Positions 63,163 through 64,000 of a DNA stretch of 64,000 nt are shown one piece after another. Each line of letters opens with the position of its first letter. Position 1 is the first letter of the stretch. The notes under the pieces were generated by a model. It did no database searches. It was not told where the DNA came from and saw only the letters and a list, made by a program, of their open reading frames with translations. The position numbers were made by a program, and so were the translations under genes. This DNA comes from an uncultured Acidobacteriota bacterium (GTDB lineage Bacteria; Acidobacteriota; Thermoanaerobaculia; Multivoradales; UBA5704): assembly GCA_963700145.1 (NCBI GenBank), contig OY969474.1, positions 64,001 through 128,000 on the forward strand, in the 5' to 3' direction.

Positions 63163-63534
63163 ATGAGCAAGCCGCTGCTGGGCCTCCTCCTGGGGGGCGT
63201 TCTGGGGATCTTCGACGGCCTCTCGGCGCTGGTCTCGGCGCCGGAGACCGCGCCGTACATCGCCGGCATCGTCATCGGCTCGACGTTCAAGGGGATCGTC
63301 ACCGGCGTCCTGATCGGCTGGTTCGCGAAGAAAGTGAATTCCCTGCCGCTCGGCATCCTCTTCGGCCTCGCGGTTGGGCTGACGCTCGCCTTCCTGGTGG
63401 CGATGATGCCGTCGGAGACCGGCCAGCACTACTACTGGGAGATCATGCTGCCGGGGAGCCTGCTGGGAATGATCGTCGGCTACGCCACCCAGCGCTACGG
63501 CCGCCCCGGGCGCGCCGCGCTGGCTACCCCGTGA
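63163..63534 (+). CDS. Small four-TM membrane protein
   Basis: AAGGAG RBS; four Gly-rich hydrophobic helices. Confidence 0.75.
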   Translation: MSKPLLGLLLGGVLGIFDGLSALVSAPETAPYIAGIVIGSTFKGIVTGVLIGWFAKKVNSLPLGILFGLAVGLTLAFLVAMMPSETGQHYYWEIMLPGSLLGMIVGYATQRYGRPGRAALATP

Positions 63535-64000
63535 ACTTGTACCCCAGCCGGTGGACGGTGACGATCCAGCGCGGGTCGCCGGGCTCGTCCTCGAGCTTCT
63601 TGCGCAGCTTGGCGATGTGCATGTCCACGGTGCGGGTGAAGGGGATCGAGTTGTAGTCCCAGACCGCGTCGAGGAGGGTCTCGCGCGTCACCACCTCGCC
63701 GCGGTGCTGGACGAAGAAGGCGAGGAGCTGGAACTCGCGCGGCGACAGCTCGAGCCGCGCGCCGCCTTTCGTCGCCTCGTGGCGGCGGAAGTCCAGCGCC
63801 ACCTCGCCGAAGCGGTAGCCGTCGGGCGCAGCGGCCTTGCCGGCGCTGCGCCGCAGCACCGCCTCGGCGCGCGCCATCAGCTCCATGAAGCCGAACGGCT
63901 TGGTGACGTAGTCGTCGGCCCCGAGCTTCAAGCCGATGACCTTGTCGATCTCCTGGCCGCGCGCCGTCAGCATGATGATCGGCACCCCGCTGCCGCCGGC
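63524..64000 (-). CDS. OmpR/PhoB-family response regulator (5' end outside the window)
   Basis: [50 protein letters not shown]. Confidence 0.93.
   Translation of the reverse strand, partial: AGGSGVPIIMLTARGQEIDKVIGLKLGADDYVTKPFGFMELMARAEAVLRRSAGKAAAPDGYRFGEVALDFRRHEATKGGARLELSPREFQLLAFFVQHRGEVVTRETLLDAVWDYNSIPFTRTVDMHIAKLRKKLEDEPGDPRWIVTVHRLGYKFTG

Overview
Very GC-rich bacterial chromosomal segment, most likely Acidobacteriota (Thermoanaerobaculia-like). The taxonomy is inferred from the duplicated MacB/FtsX orphan permease, the FG-GAP/ASPIC + TPR pair, an Oar-type TonB barrel and large secreted gluzincins. Contents in order: (1) a VIT-vWA protein fused in frame to a TonB-dependent-receptor-like barrel, running off the left edge; (2) a form II cox/xdh molybdoenzyme cluster whose S, L, M and D genes carry many single-base indels; (3) a small protein with a 15-Ile tract; (4) methionine salvage genes mtnC/D/B and a TMEM175 channel; (5) a toxin-antitoxin hotspot with a duplicated gene end, a palindromic 21-bp array and a complete IS256; (6) three paralogous secreted metallopeptidases; (7) an AbiEii-type pair; (8) an S8 protease + MBL hydrolase pair; (9) an orphan contractile sheath gene; (10) a 20-bp palindromic array beside a TIR-beta-propeller gene; (11) an ECF sigma/Ser-Thr kinase pair. 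The best candidate for a new system is at 39325-43728 (-): an unannotated 58-aa Trp-containing peptide, a ComQ-like isoprenyl-synthase-fold enzyme and a PDZ/multi-TM hybrid histidine kinase. This looks like a ComQXP-type prenylated-peptide quorum-sensing cassette in a Gram-negative lineage. All calls come from reading motifs; no database searches were run.
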